Both the position numbers and the translations under genes were made by a program. The notes under the pieces were generated by a model. The model had not been told where the DNA came from, did not search any database, and saw only the letters and a program-made list of their open reading frames with translations. From the NCBI GenBank assembly GCA_009914755.4, contig CP068257.2, positions 192,001 through 256,000 on the forward strand: a stretch of DNA of 64,000 nt. The letters are read 5' to 3'. The DNA is from the human T2T-CHM13v2.0 reference genome, Homo sapiens. Positions 63,345 to 64,000 of this stretch are shown here, in pieces (the stretch's first letter is position 1; every line of letters begins with the position of its first letter).

Positions 63345-64000
63345 TTCAAGCCATACATTACTCTTTATTATTATTATTATACTTTAAGTTCTAGGGTACA
63401 TGTGCACAACGTGCAGGTTTGTTAAATATGTATACATGTGCCATGTTGGTGTGCTGCACCCATTAACTCGTCATTTATATTAGGTATATCTCCTAATGCT
63501 ATTCCTCCCCTCTCCCCCCACCCCATGACAGGCCCTGGTGTGTGATGTTCCCCATCCTGTGTCCAAGTGTTCTCATTGTTCAGTTCCCACCTATGAGTGA
63601 GAACATGTGGTGTTTGGTTTTCTGTCCTTGCAACAGTTTGCTCAGAATGATGGTTTCCAGCTTCATCTATGTCCCTACAAAGGACATGAACTCATCATTT
63701 TTTATGCTGCATAGTATTCCATGGTGTGTAAGTGCCACATTTTCTTAATCCAGTCTATCATTGATGGGCATATGGGTTGGTTCCAAGTCTTTGCTATTGT
63801 GAATAGTGCCACAATAAACATACATGTGCATGTGTCTTTATAGCAGCATGATTTATAATCCTTTGCATATATATCCAGTAATGGGATGGCTGGATCAAAT
63901 GGTATTTCTAATTCTTGATCCTTGAGGAATCTCCACACTGTCTTCCACAATGGTTGAACTAGTTTACAGTCCCACCAACAGTGTAAAAGTGTTCCTATTT
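63345..64000 (-). mobile_element. L1PA-type 3' end, covering the ORF2 C-terminus and 3' UTR. It runs to the window edge.
   Basis: Minus-strand ORF 63702..63950 reads WRFLKDQELEIPFDPAIPLLDIY...CCYKDTCTCMFIVALFTIAKTWNQP...MEYYAA, which is L1 ORF2. The 3'-UTR string tactttaagttctagggtacatgtgcacaacgtgcaggtttg is present. Confidence 0.95.

Overview
The window is primate genomic DNA, almost certainly human or a great ape. The evidence is multiple Alu elements with poly-A tails and target-site duplications, and several 5'/3'-truncated L1 copies whose ORF2 fragments appear in the ORF track. There are no prokaryotic features and no CRISPR, rRNA or canonical tRNA genes. The window has three parts.

1. 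Positions 1-32147 are a young macrosatellite. It has four complete head-to-tail units of 6.85-8.86 kb (about 98-99% identical) and a fifth diverged, truncated edge copy. Every unit carries the same parts in the same order: a (TTCC)n microsatellite; a 250-bp L1 3'-end fragment; a CpG-rich stretch with a GC box and a TATTTAAA box; a (GTCT)n/(CA)n tract; and a 3.7-3.9 kb intronless, extremely Ser/Pro-rich ORF. The ORF is built almost entirely from a 144-bp (48-codon) in-frame minisatellite whose copy number differs between units (about 11, 23, 10 and 9). It ends in a Cys/His/Arg/Pro-rich tail, and an ATTAAA signal lies 227 bp beyond the stop. The ORF is intact in units 1 and 3 (1281 and 1233 aa). 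It is disrupted in units 2 and 4, which share a TAC>TAA nonsense change at codon 54 and carry further frameshifts. This DUX4/D4Z4-like architecture, an intronless ORF inside a macrosatellite, is the candidate 'system' in the window. I could not match the protein to any known family from memory.

2. Positions 32148-40950 are a stack of satellite blocks. First comes a 2.2-kb satellite of about 18 bp (CCCAGGTGGACATCAGGC-like). Next is a 5.5-kb CpG-rich satellite of about 195/218 bp with poly-T tracts and a tRNA B-box-like GGTTCGAGCCC hairpin motif on the minus strand. Then come five copies of a roughly 48-bp repeat, about 380 bp of unique sequence, and about 300 bp of degenerate (TTAGGG)n. This looks like a subtelomere-type or ancestral-telomere junction.

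3. Positions 40937-64000 are ordinary interspersed-repeat DNA. It contains nested L1 fragments, one of which carries a 1.1-kb GC-rich triplicated insert. There are 11 Alus. A duplicated 520-bp segment carries an ATG-initiated acidic mini-exon ending in a GT donor. A 3.8-kb satellite of 37/75 bp is made of perfect palindromes and changes orientation internally.

All calls are from reading the sequence. No database search was possible, so family names (L1 subfamily, SATR-like) are recollection and not verified.
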